A stretch of 64,000 nucleotides of DNA, from the NCBI RefSeq assembly GCF_009834535.1, contig NC_045696.1, positions 14,138,001 through 14,202,000 of the forward strand, written 5' to 3'. A model generated the notes under the pieces. It saw only the letters and a program-made list of their open reading frames with translations, was not told where the DNA came from and made no database searches. The DNA is from Camelus ferus. Lineage: Eukaryota. Positions within the stretch are counted from its first letter, which is position 1; every line of letters begins with the position of its first letter. The position numbers were made by a program, and so were the translations under genes. Shown here piece by piece: positions 38,826 through 51,810 of this stretch.

Positions 38826-40033
38826 ATTAGACCACTGCTTTTGTGGAACAGTAATTTCGAATTTTATATTTTCAATGTCTCTTTTGAAGATATCAAATTT
38901 ATTTTTGTATTGAGTACAACTTTCCTCCAGACTCTATCAGAAAAAAATCAAAAAAAAAATCAAAATAATGTAATTTCAACATCAGTCTGTTGCAGAGTCA
39001 TTTTGACTTAACATTTTGTGTCATTTTGACCTTCATTTGAAATTATAAACTTCCCCCCCCCCAATTATTTTAAAGGCCAGCCACTTAATCAATATGAAAT
39101 ATCAACATGCTGCATTTTGCAGGTATTATTATTCTTTAAAAATAATATGCATGGCTAAGCAATTCTTTGAGAATTGCAAATTTATATTAATTAATTTTAA
39201 AGCTGGGTTATAAGATTAAATAAGGACATTTATGGTTTATCATAAAGTATTAAAAGCCATGTCACATTTTCTCAATATGTAAAATATTTTCATCTATATA
39301 CCCCTCTGGTTTAATGGAATTTTCTCAAAAGGCTTCCTAAAAATACCATAGCCTATGTTATGAGAGAAAAATCAAATAATGCTAAGGACACATAGCACCA
39401 GTGATAGAATTTACATGTAGCTTCCAGTACCTACAAAAGTGCCTGGCAGTAGTAAGAATTCAAATTCTTATTTTTGTTTCCAGGGTTTTTTAAATGAATA
39501 AACAGAAAATAAGTTAATTCATGAATAAGGCTGACAATTATTTGTTAATATTTTATATGACTTTTTAAAAGCTTTAAAATTAAGAGCATATTAAAAAGCA
39601 TAGCTATTCAGATGTATACACACCTGTCTCTCTCCAGAGCCTCAATTCCCAAATAATTCTGTTTTGTCCAACTGGTATTGTTCATACTTATCCAAGAGCA
39701 AGCTCAGAGGGGAAAATGAAGTTAGTAGCAGTAGAAGGTTTGTACTCCTCCATCCTTTATCTTACTTTCCTATGGACATGAATACCTGGAAGACAAAATG
39801 ATATCAGATCACCCTCTGATGGTTCTGAAAGGAGAACTGGATTGTGTGCTTAAAATTGTCTAACAAAATAAGACAAAACTAGGTTTTTATGCATAATTAG
39901 AAAAAGTCATCAATTCTCTCATATATTCATGATACCCTTCTTAAGTGATACTGTGTGCCCACCATTGCTTCAGTAGATTTCAGCCAAGTAGACACATACA
40001 ATGTCTTGGTGGTGGTGGTGGTGGTAGTGGTGG

Positions 40034-40120
40034 TTTGTTTTTAATGGAGGTACTGAGAATTGAACCCAGGACCTCATGCATGTTAAGCATGAACTCTACC
40101 CCTGAGTTATACCCCCACCA
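40034..40120 (-). mobile_element. tRNA-derived SINE, Vic-1-like, with adjacent (GGT)n at ~40007-40033
   Basis: Reverse complement: ggggtataactcaggggtagagttcatgcttaacatgcatgaggtcctgggttcaattctcagtacctccattaaaaa. Confidence 0.85.
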
Positions 40121-41305
40121 CCATGCCCCTTTTTGGTTCACACTTGGATCCAACCAATGTAGACAAAAAAAAAGCTTCAACTCAGTTATAAAAATTAAAC
40201 ATTCATTTAAACACAAAAACCTGGAGCATGTTCTTCTATAAACAGGAAATGTTTTTCTATATGCACTAAGAACAACAACCATTTGATTGCCAAGCATAAC
40301 AACATCTGTACTATGATACAAGTGCCCCCTTGCTACTGTTCAGTTAATCTGTATATGCATTTTTCAGAGGCTCTCCAGCAAAATAAACAGAGCAAAAGAA
40401 ACCCTAAGCAACTAAAAGTGATGAGGAAGGAGGACAGAAGAGAAAACAACTTCACCAACACCATTAAACTGAGCTTTCCTCATTTTCCACATCTATGTCA
40501 GTAAGATTTGATCACACTATGACAGATGAATGCATAAAATGCCATCAGTTTCTAAAATAAATAGATCAAAAAATCTCTGAATGTGGAACCATGATACATT
40601 AATGGAAAATAATATAAAATAAATGTTAAATGGTCAGAGTCATGGGTAAATGGTCAACTTCACAAAATATGATCAAACACAGACATTGAAAATTAATATA
40701 AATATAATGAAAGAGGAGGTGTCTTTATAATAGGATAGAAGTGTATTTGTAGTTAACCAAACAGTCAATGCCATTAATCAGTGAGAAACATTATTTTGGG
40801 GTGAAGAATCTTTTGCTCCAGCTGAAAACAATTCTTAAAATTTATAGACATGTGGCTTCAAGTAACCTTCTTCTTCCAACCATCCACTGCATATCTGATT
40901 ATGTAGTGAAAGTTAATATTCCTCAAATAAAAACAAGGAAAAAATCCAATGAGGTCTTATATATTCGTGGAATTACATGAAGCCTGATCCAAGATATTAA
41001 ATATATATTTTATGTAGTTCACATAGAGTGGAAAAGACTGTTCAAAATAGAATAGAACCTTCCTAATCTTAAGAGTCCAGGCATCGTAACTAAGTAATCA
41101 TAGCTTGAGGAACTCACTTCACATAATGAAGAAATAAGATTCAAGAGAAGCTCTACTGTAAATTAATCTGAAATACGAGGTCAATATTGTTTGTGGTTAG
41201 TCCCATCTGCTATTTACTTTGTATAAATCTTTTGCAGGTGGTGACACTCAGACTCAAGAAACTTATTTCCTGGTCCTCAATTGAACCTTCCCCCCTTCTA
41301 ACAAC

Positions 41306-41364
41306 ATGCTACTGCAGCAGCTACTGTGGTGGCCTGGGCGACAGGTATGGTGGTCTGAGATGTA
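41306..41364 (+). pseudogene. KRTAP20-like pseudogene, frameshift at the start and 3' truncated by L1
   Basis: atgctactgc lacks 2 nt relative to ATGTGCTAC. The ancestral frame reads CYCSSYCGGLGDRYGGLRC. TATAAAT at 41222 and the family 5' UTR motif are present. Confidence 0.8.
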
Positions 41365-42205
41365 ATGACAGACGTTCAAAAATCAATATTTTAGAACTAC
41401 TAGTAATAATGGGTCTAAGTAGCATCATCAGGGGCAGAAATTAGTAAATGAAAACTGATGAGGAAAATTGTAACATGAACCCAATTAACAATCCCAGCAT
41501 TACTAAATGTGAAGCAATAAGACAATCAAATACCATATGCCTCCTAATATTATAATAAAGAAAGTACACAAAGCACCTATAAAGTATTTTTCTTGTCAAA
41601 AATAAGGAGAATGACCAGAATTACATCAACCCTTTATATCTACCTGCCAGGACACAAATGGTATAATGAACAGAGGAATATATGAAAAGAAAAACCAGGA
41701 AGACATCAGCCATATCCAAAATTTAAGAATTCTACAGAATAATAATATTGTTTATTCAAAAGTATGTTTTAAAAAAATCACTGGAGACTATTACATATTT
41801 TTAAAGAGTTTAGAGACATTATGTCTAAATGTAATGAGTCCCAGTGCAAAAAAAAAATGACTTTAAAAATATATTTGTGAATCAATCAAGGAAATTTGAG
41901 CATGATTAAGATTAGAGGATGCTAAGAAAACTTTTAAAAAATTTCATCTGTTGATAATGATATTGTAGATATGGAAATGTTTTTAAACTGATTTTGTGAC
42001 CGAGATACACACTGCAGAAAAGTGATATTTGTCTTGGATTTGTTTTAAAATATTCATCAAAAATAACAACTATGAAAAGTATACAGGAAGAGAAGGAACT
42101 GATGGTGGAATATTGACAGTTATTAAATCCTGAAGATGTGTTTATGAAGTTTCAAAATACAATTCTATATGCTTTTATGGCTGCATGAAATTTACTTATT
42201 AAAGT
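41365..42205 (+). mobile_element. Old L1MC/ME-type 3' UTR fragment
   Basis: ggaaatttgagcatgattaagattagaggatg ... tgataatgatattgtagatatg resembles L1MC/ME 3' ends. Confidence 0.6.
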
Positions 42206-42615
42206 AAATAACAAATATGGAAAAGTTTATCTATTCTACTGAGTAAGCCCTATTGTTAAGAAAGTTATTTTTCACTCTGTAGAAGATCTGCACATAATAT
42301 ATGTGGAATTAATGATAGGCTTTTGAATGTCAACATTCTAGAAGCTAGTAAATGGTTAACTAGATAAAAACTAGTCAGATATTTTAAGCTAAATAAATGA
42401 AGGCTGAGTAAAGGTTTTAAAATAAGAATAACTAAAGCACATGAAAGGCACATGATTTGATCATAGGAATGCTCACTCAAAAACAAAGTCATTTTGCTTA
42501 CAAGAGTCTCACATTGTCTAATGAAACAAAGATTCAGGAAGTATGCTAGTGTAAATTAGTAGAAAATATGTGATCAACAAGTCCTGTGATGTGTCCCACC
42601 CACCACTGAGAAGCA

Positions 42616-42622
42616 TATAAAA
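42616..42622 (+). promoter_or_regulatory. TATA box with CACCC box, KRTAP20-2-like
   Basis: cccacccaccactgagaagcaTATAAAAgg. Confidence 0.85.
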
Positions 42623-42700
42623 GGGCATGTGCAGATGGTGATGTTCAAACTGAGGAAACAGATTCCCTGCACCTCAATCAAATCCTCTACTCCTGAAACC

Positions 42701-42865
42701 ATGTGCTACTACGGCAACTACTATGGAGGTCTGGGTTATGGTTATGGTGGCCTGGGCTACAGTTATGGCTGTGGCTATGGTGGCCTAGGCTGTGGCTACG
42801 GCGGGTATGGATATGGCTGCCACCCATCTTGCTACAGAAGATACTGGTCCTATGGGTTCTACTGA
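42701..42865 (+). CDS. KRTAP20-2: KRTAP20-2-like, 54 aa
   Basis: [60 protein letters not shown] at 43162-43167. Ortholog number inferred. Confidence 0.92.
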   Translation: MCYYGNYYGGLGYGYGGLGYSYGCGYGGLGCGYGGYGYGCHPSCYRRYWSYGFY

Positions 42866-43276
42866 GAAATATTCAGGGAAACTCAACTGATCAGTCCACC
42901 TGGACTTCCACAATCTGTCTCCATGATTCTTCTTATTAATAATTCTATTGTCTATTCTAAATGTCAACATCATCCTCAAGAATCTGAAAAAAAAAAAAAA
43001 AAAAAAAGGTTAGATTCTCTAAGCCTCATCTGGAGTAACCGAAATCATCTGGAATGTTTCATACTTTTTTTGAAAGCTTTTCTTTTGATATTGTATTGCC
43101 TTAAAAATTTCTTACATTTTTGATCAACAACTCTTACATGAGAAAAGTTTAAATTAATTTTAATAAACATTTATCTGTTAAAATATTAATTTATTGCATT
43201 TAAGTTGATTTTTCTTCATCATTTGTGTATATATGCATATGTGCATGTGTTTTGGTGTGTTGGCAAATGGGGTGGT

Positions 43277-43708
43277 ATGATGATTAATTTTATGTGTAAA
43301 CTTGACTGAGTTCAGGGATGTCCAAAAAGCTGGTAAAACATTGTTTCTAGGTGTGTCTCCGAGGATGTTTCTGAAAGAGATTTGCATTTGAATCAGTAGA
43401 CTGAGTATAGAAGATAGCCCTTACCAACGCAGGAGGGCATCATCCAATCCATTGAGGACCTGAATAGAACAAAAAGATGGGGGAAGGGCAAACTCTATTT
43501 TCTCTTCTTGAGCGGGAACATCCATCTTCATCTGCCCTTTGGCATCGGAACTCCTGATTCTCAGGCCTTTGGACTGAATTTCACCCTCAGCTTTCCTGGT
43601 TCCCCATCTTCAGACAGCAGATCATGGGAGTTTGTGGCTTCCATAATCATTCCAATTCCCATAGTAAATTATCCATTGGTTCCGTTTCTTCTCTGGAGAA
43701 CTCCAACA
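43277..43708 (+). mobile_element. MLT2-type solo LTR
   Basis: ttaattttatgtgtaaacttgactgag...gctggtaaaacattgtttct ... ctctggagaactccaaca. Similar to 2120-2549. Confidence 0.85.
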
Positions 43709-43898
43709 GAGTTGAAGAAGAAGAAAATATGAGCAAAAGAGAGAAATTGATGTTTCCTTGTTATTTTTAGTCTCTGCTCCCTCTGTATGGCCAGCCTAAA
43801 ATCTTAGCCTTGTGCTCTACATGTTCAAATGCTTTTGACTCGATGTTTTTTTTTCCCCATCACAACTATCAATAGGCTTATAAGTTTAGGTCTGGTGC

Positions 43899-44081
43899 AG
43901 TGGTGTGTTGGAAACCATTCTTAAGAGGTAAAGAGGTCATGATTTGTGACATCGGCAGATTTCCACAGTGTAAGTACTCTTACTGTTTCTGATATATAGC
44001 TACCAACAAGATGCCTCTAAATGCAGAGGTAAGCAGAATAGGCTGTCTGAGCTAATACAAGCTGGCTTATGGACACCATTG
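43899..44081. mobile_element. MER63-like hAT DNA transposon
   Basis: Imperfect terminal inverted repeats cagtggtgt ... acaccattg. Confidence 0.6.
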
Positions 44082-45272
44082 GGTGTATCTGTCTGATATT
44101 CTAGTGCAGAACATTCCTCCAAGAGAGGTTCATTGATATCATCTCAATACAAAAATATTTAGCACTGAGATTCACTTTATATTTTTTATTTATAGACTTA
44201 TGCACTTATTTGTGTTTAATAATCCTGTTCTATCATTCAATTCTTAATTCTTAATGTCAGGTTTTCCTTTGAAGTCACAAAAATTCATTTTGCAACTCAC
44301 TTCAAATTTCTACCATCCCCTTGATCCCAATGATAAATAATGAGAAATAATATTTTCTCTGATAAGATATTCATCTGATAAAGCCTTATTTTAAATGGGA
44401 GATTTTTAAAAATTGAATTTGTAAGAAATTCTAGTACTTTGAACAAAAGGTAAACTTATACCTATTTATATTTGAAATGTCAGCATTGCCAAAGGCTTTA
44501 CAAAAGACCAACACACATAACCAAGCCAAAAACAATATTTTATAAATTATTTTTAGAAGCCCACTGTAAGCATAATAACACCATGTACAATTTAATGTAT
44601 AATTTATTGGTTCCAAATTATGATAAATTATAACTCAGTATACATTAAAATATGTACATTCTATTTTTTCCTGAAGTCCATTTAGAAGAAATTTCCAAAA
44701 AAAATCCTCCTTCCATAATTTTTACAATTTAATCTTATGAATGAAAGAAGATAGTAATTCACTGCCTTAAAATATTACCAGATTGTAGTGGACAATAAAT
44801 ATTTGTTAAATGTGCTATATTTAATCATATTAAGAACTGTGTTGGCCACTCTGCTGGCAGAATCAAATGTGACAGATATAAACAATATAAACTTTAAACA
44901 AAATAGAACAGTATTGCATTTTAATACACGAAAAAATACATCAACTCAAGGGTATTTGTATACCATTTAGTGACACTCTGCAACTATTCATCTGATACTG
45001 AATTTCACTTCATTACACAGTGTTGTGCTCTTTTTATTTGCAAAAACCTAAAAATGGTATAAGATTGATCCAGACTAAACTACCTTCAAATAAAATAAAT
45101 TGGAATTACTTTTTAACACAAGTGAAAATTACATTACTACATTACACACAAAACTACATTAATTCACCTGTGTATTAGTTGATGATATTTTATTTGAGTG
45201 ATTGGTGCAAATTAAAAGGCAGCACTGCTTATGGCTTGTGTAATGAACAAGTGAGAGGCTTTAAAAAACCCT

Positions 45273-46059
45273 CCATGTCCACTTTCTGGAGTGTTTTGAT
45301 CATAAATGGATGTTGAATTTTGTCAAAAGCCTTTTTAGAATCTATCCAGATAATCATGTGGTTTTTATTCTTCAGTTTGTTAGCGTGTTGTATCACATTG
45401 TTTGATGTGCCGATACTGAAAAATCCCAGCATCCCTGAGATAAATCTCACTTGGTCGTGGCGTGTGATCCTTTTAATACATTGTTGAAGTTGGATTGCTA
45501 GTATTTTGTTGAGGTTTGCTGCAACTATGTTCATCAGTGATACTGGCCTGTAATTTTCTTTTTTTATATCTTTGGTTTGGGTGTCAGGGTGATGCTGGCC
45601 TCATAGAATGAATTTGGAAGTGTTTCTTCCTCTGAAATTTTTTGGAATAGTTTGAGAAGAAAGGGTGTTAACTTTTCTCTAAACATTCAGTAGAATTTAC
45701 TTGTGAACACATCTGGTCTCAGACTTTTGTTTGTTGGCAGTTATTTAATTACTGATTCAGTTTTATTCCTGGTAATTAATCTGTTCATATTTTCTATTTC
45801 TTCCTGGTTCAGTCTTGGGAGAGTGTACCTTTCTTAGAAGTTGTCCATTTCTTCTAGATTGTCCATTTTACTGGCATATATTTGTTCATAGTAGTCTCTT
45901 ACAATTCTTTTTATTTCTGTGGTATCAGCTATAATTTCTCCTTTCTCCTTTCTTATTTTACATGCATCCCAATGTTCATAGCAGCATTATTTATAATTAC
46001 CAAGATATGAAAGCAATCTAAGTGTTCATCAACAGATGAATGGATAAAGGAGATGTGAG

Positions 46060-46103
<44 letters not shown>

Positions 46104-46553
46104 TGGAATACTACTCAGCCATAAAAAAACAATGAAAATTTGCCATTTGCAACAACATGGATGGACTTGGATGGCATTACGTTAAACGGCATGTCAGAGA
46201 GAGAAAGACAAATACTGTATGATATCACTTATATTTGTAATCTAAAAAATACAACAAACTAGTGAATATAACAAAAAAGAAACAAATTCACAGATACAGA
46301 GAACAAACTAGTAATTAGCAGTGGGGAGAGGAAATGTAGGAGGGGAAATACAGGGGTAGAGGAGCAAGAGGTACAAACCATTAGGTATAAATTAAGCTAC
46401 TAGGATATATTGTACAACATTGGGAATATAGCCAATATTTTATAATTTATAAAATAAAGAGTAGAACCTTTAAAAATTGTGAATCACCATATTGTACACC
46501 TATAAAGTATATAACATTGTACAACAACTATCCTTCTATTAAAAATAAATAAA
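45273..46553. mobile_element. L1 with 5' inversion (minus ORF2/RT piece 45273-45960, plus 3' end 45961-46553)
   Basis: Minus ORF has RT motifs HDQV.FI.GM and [23 protein letters not shown]. The plus part ends in (AAAT)n. Flanked by taaaa(a/g)accct. Contains (TG)n at 46061-46102. Confidence 0.9.
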
Positions 46554-46770
46554 TAAAAGACCCTGAACCAGGCAGTTGGTGACATTCAACCTGAGGAATA
46601 GATTCTTCTATTTCTGTTGCCATAAGCTGTAATGGCAAACTCCATGGCGCCTGGTCTCTGGCTATGGGCTGCTTACCCTACAGCATAATATTCTGTTCCT
46701 ATGAGCTCTATTTAGGTCCTTCCTGAGCATCTCAACCCACTGGACTCCTCCTCTTGTGTTCCCTATCCCT
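46554..46770 (+). pseudogene. Highly degenerate KRTAP20-like relic
   Basis: Family 5' UTR motif cagttggtgacattcaacctgaggaa, decayed coding end tgttcctatgagctctatttag, and 3' UTR motif ctcaacccactggactc. Confidence 0.6.
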
Positions 46771-49659
46771 ACCTCCATACTCCCATCAGACATGCCAACC
46801 TCATTCCTGACTATTAGGAAAAAAGTAATACATATTCAGCATTCCCCATTTTGATGAACCAAAACCAACAGGATGTCATAATTTATAGAAAACTTTCACT
46901 TCCATTTTGTATTAACATTATTTTCTTCAGCAATATTTATTTTATGTCATCCATGTAAGACCACAAAGTTCATGTTCATTAAAGTGTCTGTCCCTGTAAT
47001 ACTGCTTCATTGTATTTATATTAATTTCTCTCTATCATCATTTTTGCTTTTTTTAAATGTGTGTGTATGTGCTGCATGTGAAAGAGTGGAACAGAGACAA
47101 AGATAGAAATGAGAAACAGGGGAAAAGAGAGACAGAGACAAAAGAAGAGCATTGTCTTTGGATGACTCCTAAGGTGTTGATGTACCTGGAAAGTCAAGGA
47201 TCTGAACACCAGTTCTTTTTATCTTCGGCCACATGAAACCTGGGGTTTCATGTGAGTCAGCAGCCACTGTTACATCTGATCATACTATTGATTTACACTC
47301 AGATGCTATATTTTTAAATGACACTTTTGCCCAGCAAAATAGTCCTTTCTTCTATCACTACATTTAACAAGCCTTGCCTTAGTCTATTTTTTGATATGTA
47401 AGTTTAGGCAGAATTATTAAAAATCATGCCTCAGAAAGGAAATAATTTGCTCCTCTCATCTCACGTGCTTCTATTTATACTCTGCACATCATGCAGAAAA
47501 TAGTTCACAAAACACCCCATGTCTGATGGCTGCTGACTGACTCCTCATGTTTGAAGTTCAAATCCTCCAGGAGGGATCTGCACACTGATCACCACCTCAG
47601 AAGGACAGTCTTCAATGCACTGAATCATTGCCTCCCTACTATATCACTGTTCCATATTTTTGTGGCTTCATATTTTTCCTTTGAAATTCCCAAAATGAAT
47701 GTGCCCACTTACTCTATTTTTTCTTAATAAGCCCAATGACATTGGGAAATGGGAAAGAAATAACAGAATTTTGTGGAATATGGTATCAGTCAGGCAAAAG
47801 ATGTTTTTGATTAAATTGACTTTCTATTACATATTCAAGAAATTACTATACTTTGCCTCAAAACCATTTAGGTATTATATTTGAAAAGTAAACACTACCA
47901 TTTATATTTTAGTTGACTAACATAGGTGCTAAGCATCATTTTGAAACCTGAAATTCTATCTCACGTATGTGAAGAAATGTGCAATATTTCAATAATGCCA
48001 GATAAACACTGGACCCAATGAAGAAAAATGATAACTTATTTTCCAGTTTCAAAGGAAAAGAAACTTATTTTATCTTTCTTTCATAATACGGAACGTTTTG
48101 CTAATGTCCTTTTGCCATTTCTAGTATCTCTTGCTATGGATGAGAAAGCCAATGATAAGAGGAGGGGACACAGGACCAATAATAGATGCCACATAATACA
48201 GTGTCTTAAAAGTGATTGGCACATAGTTGTTAACAAATAAATAACAATTGAATGGTTGAAAGAGGCTGAAAACCTATATGAATTTCTCTCTGAGGTTTCA
48301 TATAATTCTAAATTAGAAGTATAAAGGAAAGCTGGATTCTTAATCATATCTATACACCCAACACTACTTTCAACATTTGAGGATAACAAAAGTATATAAA
48401 TGTCAGTGTTTTGGGGTCAGAGAAAATTTGGGTTCAGCAACTATAAGATCAGGGAGGAAGCTTCTCTTCTCATTATGAAATCTCCCAAAAGCTATATTTT
48501 GATTGAAGATACAAAATTTATATTAATATCATAATAATATTTATATTAATATCACTTGTCAGAAGTCTTTTAACTGTAGTCTTAAATAGATTCAATTTGT
48601 TTTATGGAAATTATATTTAATAAAATTCAGTAAACATTTAAAACCTTTTAGAAAAAAAGAAAAGAAAGGAAAAACCCTGGAGCATAGTCTCCGCTGTGTG
48701 CTAGTTTGGTCTTTCCATGACTGGGGCCTTCTATCTGCATCAGTACTTCGCCCATGGGCTGAAAACTGAAGGACTGGAGAATGAATGCAGGAAACTCTTC
48801 ACCTCTCTGATTCTGTCCACACAGATTTTCAGGATACATTCACGACTGTAAATCCAGGGCATCTGTAAAAGCAAAAATGAGTCCTGGTTCAAAAGACATG
48901 AGAGTTGAAGATGGAGCACCAAACTTAACCTTGGTGTGTTTTATAGCTCTATCTACAGCACCTTCATCTGTGATAACAAAAGGAAGCATAAAGCACAGGC
49001 AGTTTCTGCCCATAAAGTAGTAATACACTTTCTGGAAAGACCAAAGTAACACATACTAAAAGAGAGGTTCAAAAATAAATGCCAAATACATTTATATACC
49101 ATAGTAGCTTGCCACCATATTGCCCACAACATAACCAATAACTAGTCACATTAAATTAGAAGGAAGTGTTTTATAAGAGTATATGAATATACATTATATC
49201 CTTCTTTTATGAACAAAATTCAAGAAGCATGTTCCTCTGGACAAGACTCATTTTAAAACCCTCCTTCTTAATGAAGGAATGAAAACAAAACAAAAAGTAG
49301 GATAGTTGTTTTCTTGTTTTACATCATACTATCTAATCACGTCATATTTATTTAACTAAATACATATAGAATGAGACATAACATTGAAAATAGAATAGTT
49401 TCATTTTAAAGGCCCATAAATTGATCATGGAATCTTGACGTAGGGGCAAAATTATCATAATTATGGGGCCTCATTTTGCCACTAAAACAAGATATTTATG
49501 ATGTTGTCAGAAGCAAATTAGTGAGATATAGGATGCTACTTTGCTGTGGTTTTATCCACCCACCACTGAGGGTGTGTAAAAGGCACTTGGCAGACGGTGA
49601 CATTCGGACTAAAGTTACCTACTTCTTGTTGCTCAATTGAACCTCCCACTCCTGACACC

Positions 49660-49806
49660 ATGTGTTACTACAGATACTATTATGGTGGCCTGGATTATGG
49701 CTACAATGGCCTGGGATGTGGCTATGATTGTGGTTACATTGACTATGATTACAGGCATTGTCGCCCACTGTGCTGTGGAAGGTACTGGTCTCATGGCTTC
49801 TATTGA
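49660..49806 (+). CDS. KRTAP20-like, 48 aa, open frame but possibly decaying
   Basis: [52 protein letters not shown] is mutated to TGTAAAA (49575-49581) and the 3' UTR is cut by an L1. Confidence 0.7.
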   Translation: MCYYRYYYGGLDYGYNGLGCGYDCGYIDYDYRHCRPLCCGRYWSHGFY

Positions 49807-49891
49807 AGAATTTTTAGTCTACTGGCTATATCTTCCTGATTACTATCATTATGTCTAGGTTTCCTTTACATGAGAAAATTTTAAATGTTTT

Positions 49892-50667
49892 CAGTGCTGG
49901 AGATGGTATGGAGAAAATGGAACCTTCCTACACTGTTGGTGGGAATGTAGTTTGGTGCAGCCATTATGAAAAACAGGATGGAGATTCCTCAAAAATCTAA
50001 AAATAGGCTTAACATATGATCCAGCAATCCCACTTCTGGGCATATATCTGGAGGAAAATCTACTTTGAAAAGATACATGCACCCCAGTGTTCATAGCAGC
50101 ACTATTTAAAATAGCCAAGACATAGAAACAACCTAAATGTCCCTGACAGATGACTGGATAAAGAAGTTGTTGTATAGTTATACAATGGCATACTACTCAG
50201 CCATAAAAAATAAAATAATGCCATTTGCAGCAACATGGATGGACCTGGAAATTGTCATTTTTAAAGGAAGTAAGCCAGAAAGAGAAAGAAAAATATCATA
50301 TATCACTCACATGTAGAATATATTTTTTAAAAAAGGACACAAATTAACTTATTTATAGAACAGAAACAGACTCACAGACATAGAAAACAAACTTATGGTT
50401 ACTAGGGTGGGAAGGGGGTGAGAAGGGATAAATTGGGATTTCAAGATTTGCAGATACTAACGACTACATATAGAATAGATTAACAAGTTTCTTCCATATA
50501 GAAAAGGGTACTTTTTCAATATCTTGAAGTAACCTATGACAAAAAAGAATATGAAAATGAATATATGTATGTATATGTATGACTAAAACATTATGCTGTA
50601 CACCAGAAATTAACACAACATTGTAAACTGTCTATACTTCAGTAAAAAAAAAAAAAGAGAAAAAAAG
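49892..50667 (+). mobile_element. 5'-truncated L1 (ORF2 C-terminus, 3' UTR, A tail)
   Basis: tgctggagatggtatggagaaaatggaacc ... tgcaccccagtgttcatagcagcac ... tatacttcagtaaaaaaaa. Confidence 0.9.
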
Positions 50668-51160
50668 TGTCAAAAAATGCTTCTTGACAAATAAGCAGTC
50701 AGAAAACTTATTTTTATCAAGTATTAATTATAAAAATCAGTAGTTTTTTAGGCAGAAGGGAAAAGATTCACAGAAAAAAACTGGACACAAAAAAACTAAA
50801 TGATTGAAAAATATAAATAAATATTAATTGTGCAAAAATAATAATGATAATTTCTTTTGAGATTTAAATATGTAGAAAATGAGGTACATGAGAAATACCA
50901 TACCATAAAAGACTGGATATAAAAATAGCTAGCTCTAAGATCCTAGATTTATTTGGAAAGAAGTAAAAGTAACATACTTCCATAGAGTGTAAAAAGTCAT
51001 GAAGTTGATAAGGATAAAAAATACAAAGTGTATTCAATAATGTAAAACCTGCAGGCAAAAGGATAGAATTCTGGAAAACTATTTGGTGCTCTCTTTTATA
51101 ACTCAGCAATTCTGATTCTAGTCACATACCAAATCTATATGCATATTTTGATAAATTAAT

Positions 51161-51354
51161 CAGAGGTAGGCAAACTTGTTTCTGTAAACAGTGAAATATT
51201 TTAGATTTTGTAGGCCATATGCTCTGTTTCCACTGCTTAACTCTGTCATCGTAGCATGAAAATAGTCATAGACCATACATAAATGAATGGATGTGGATGT
51301 TTTCCAATAAAACTGTACCAAAGCAGATGATGACCAAGACTTTGTGGATCCCTG
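51161..51354 (+). mobile_element. MER58A-like hAT DNA transposon
   Basis: cagaggtaggcaaact...aaatattttagattttgtaggccata ... ccaataaaact ... tttgtggatccctg. Confidence 0.8.
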
Positions 51355-51364
51355 GGTTAAATAT

Positions 51365-51810
51365 TCAGCAGAATATGTTCTGTCCATCTCACCTTTAGGG
51401 CAAGATTATACATTCCTTCCCACCTGAGGTTTGCTACCAATATCACTTGATCTGGCTTTACTATGAACAGGGTGTATTTCCCTGACCCTTGCCTTTGGGC
51501 TTAACCATCTTATTTGCATTGGCCAGTAGGATGTTGGAGACATGCCTTGAGCATAGGTATATGCATGCATGTCTGAGTTTTCCTTGTGCTCTACACTTTT
51601 CTTCTGGAGAATATGCCCCGAGTAGCTGCCAGTCCAAGGAGGATGAAGGATGAATAGAGAAAGTTTGAAACCAACATACAACTTAAGCCAAATTCTCATC
51701 ATTTCAGCCAAATCTCAGCCAACCTACAAACACATTAACAAGACATAAATGTTAATGTTACATGACACTGAGGGTTTTCTAAGCATCACTAAATAGCAAT
51801 AATTAGCATG
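51365..51810 (+). mobile_element. MLT1-type MaLR LTR
   Basis: tttccctgacccttgcctttgggcttaaccatc..tttgcattggcca ... cagccaacctacaaacac ... ataaatg. Confidence 0.7.

Noticed and set aside
38409..39011. 200-aa Lys/Glu/Arg-rich ORF
   Set aside because: Translation of a SINE plus purine microsatellite with a TTG start.
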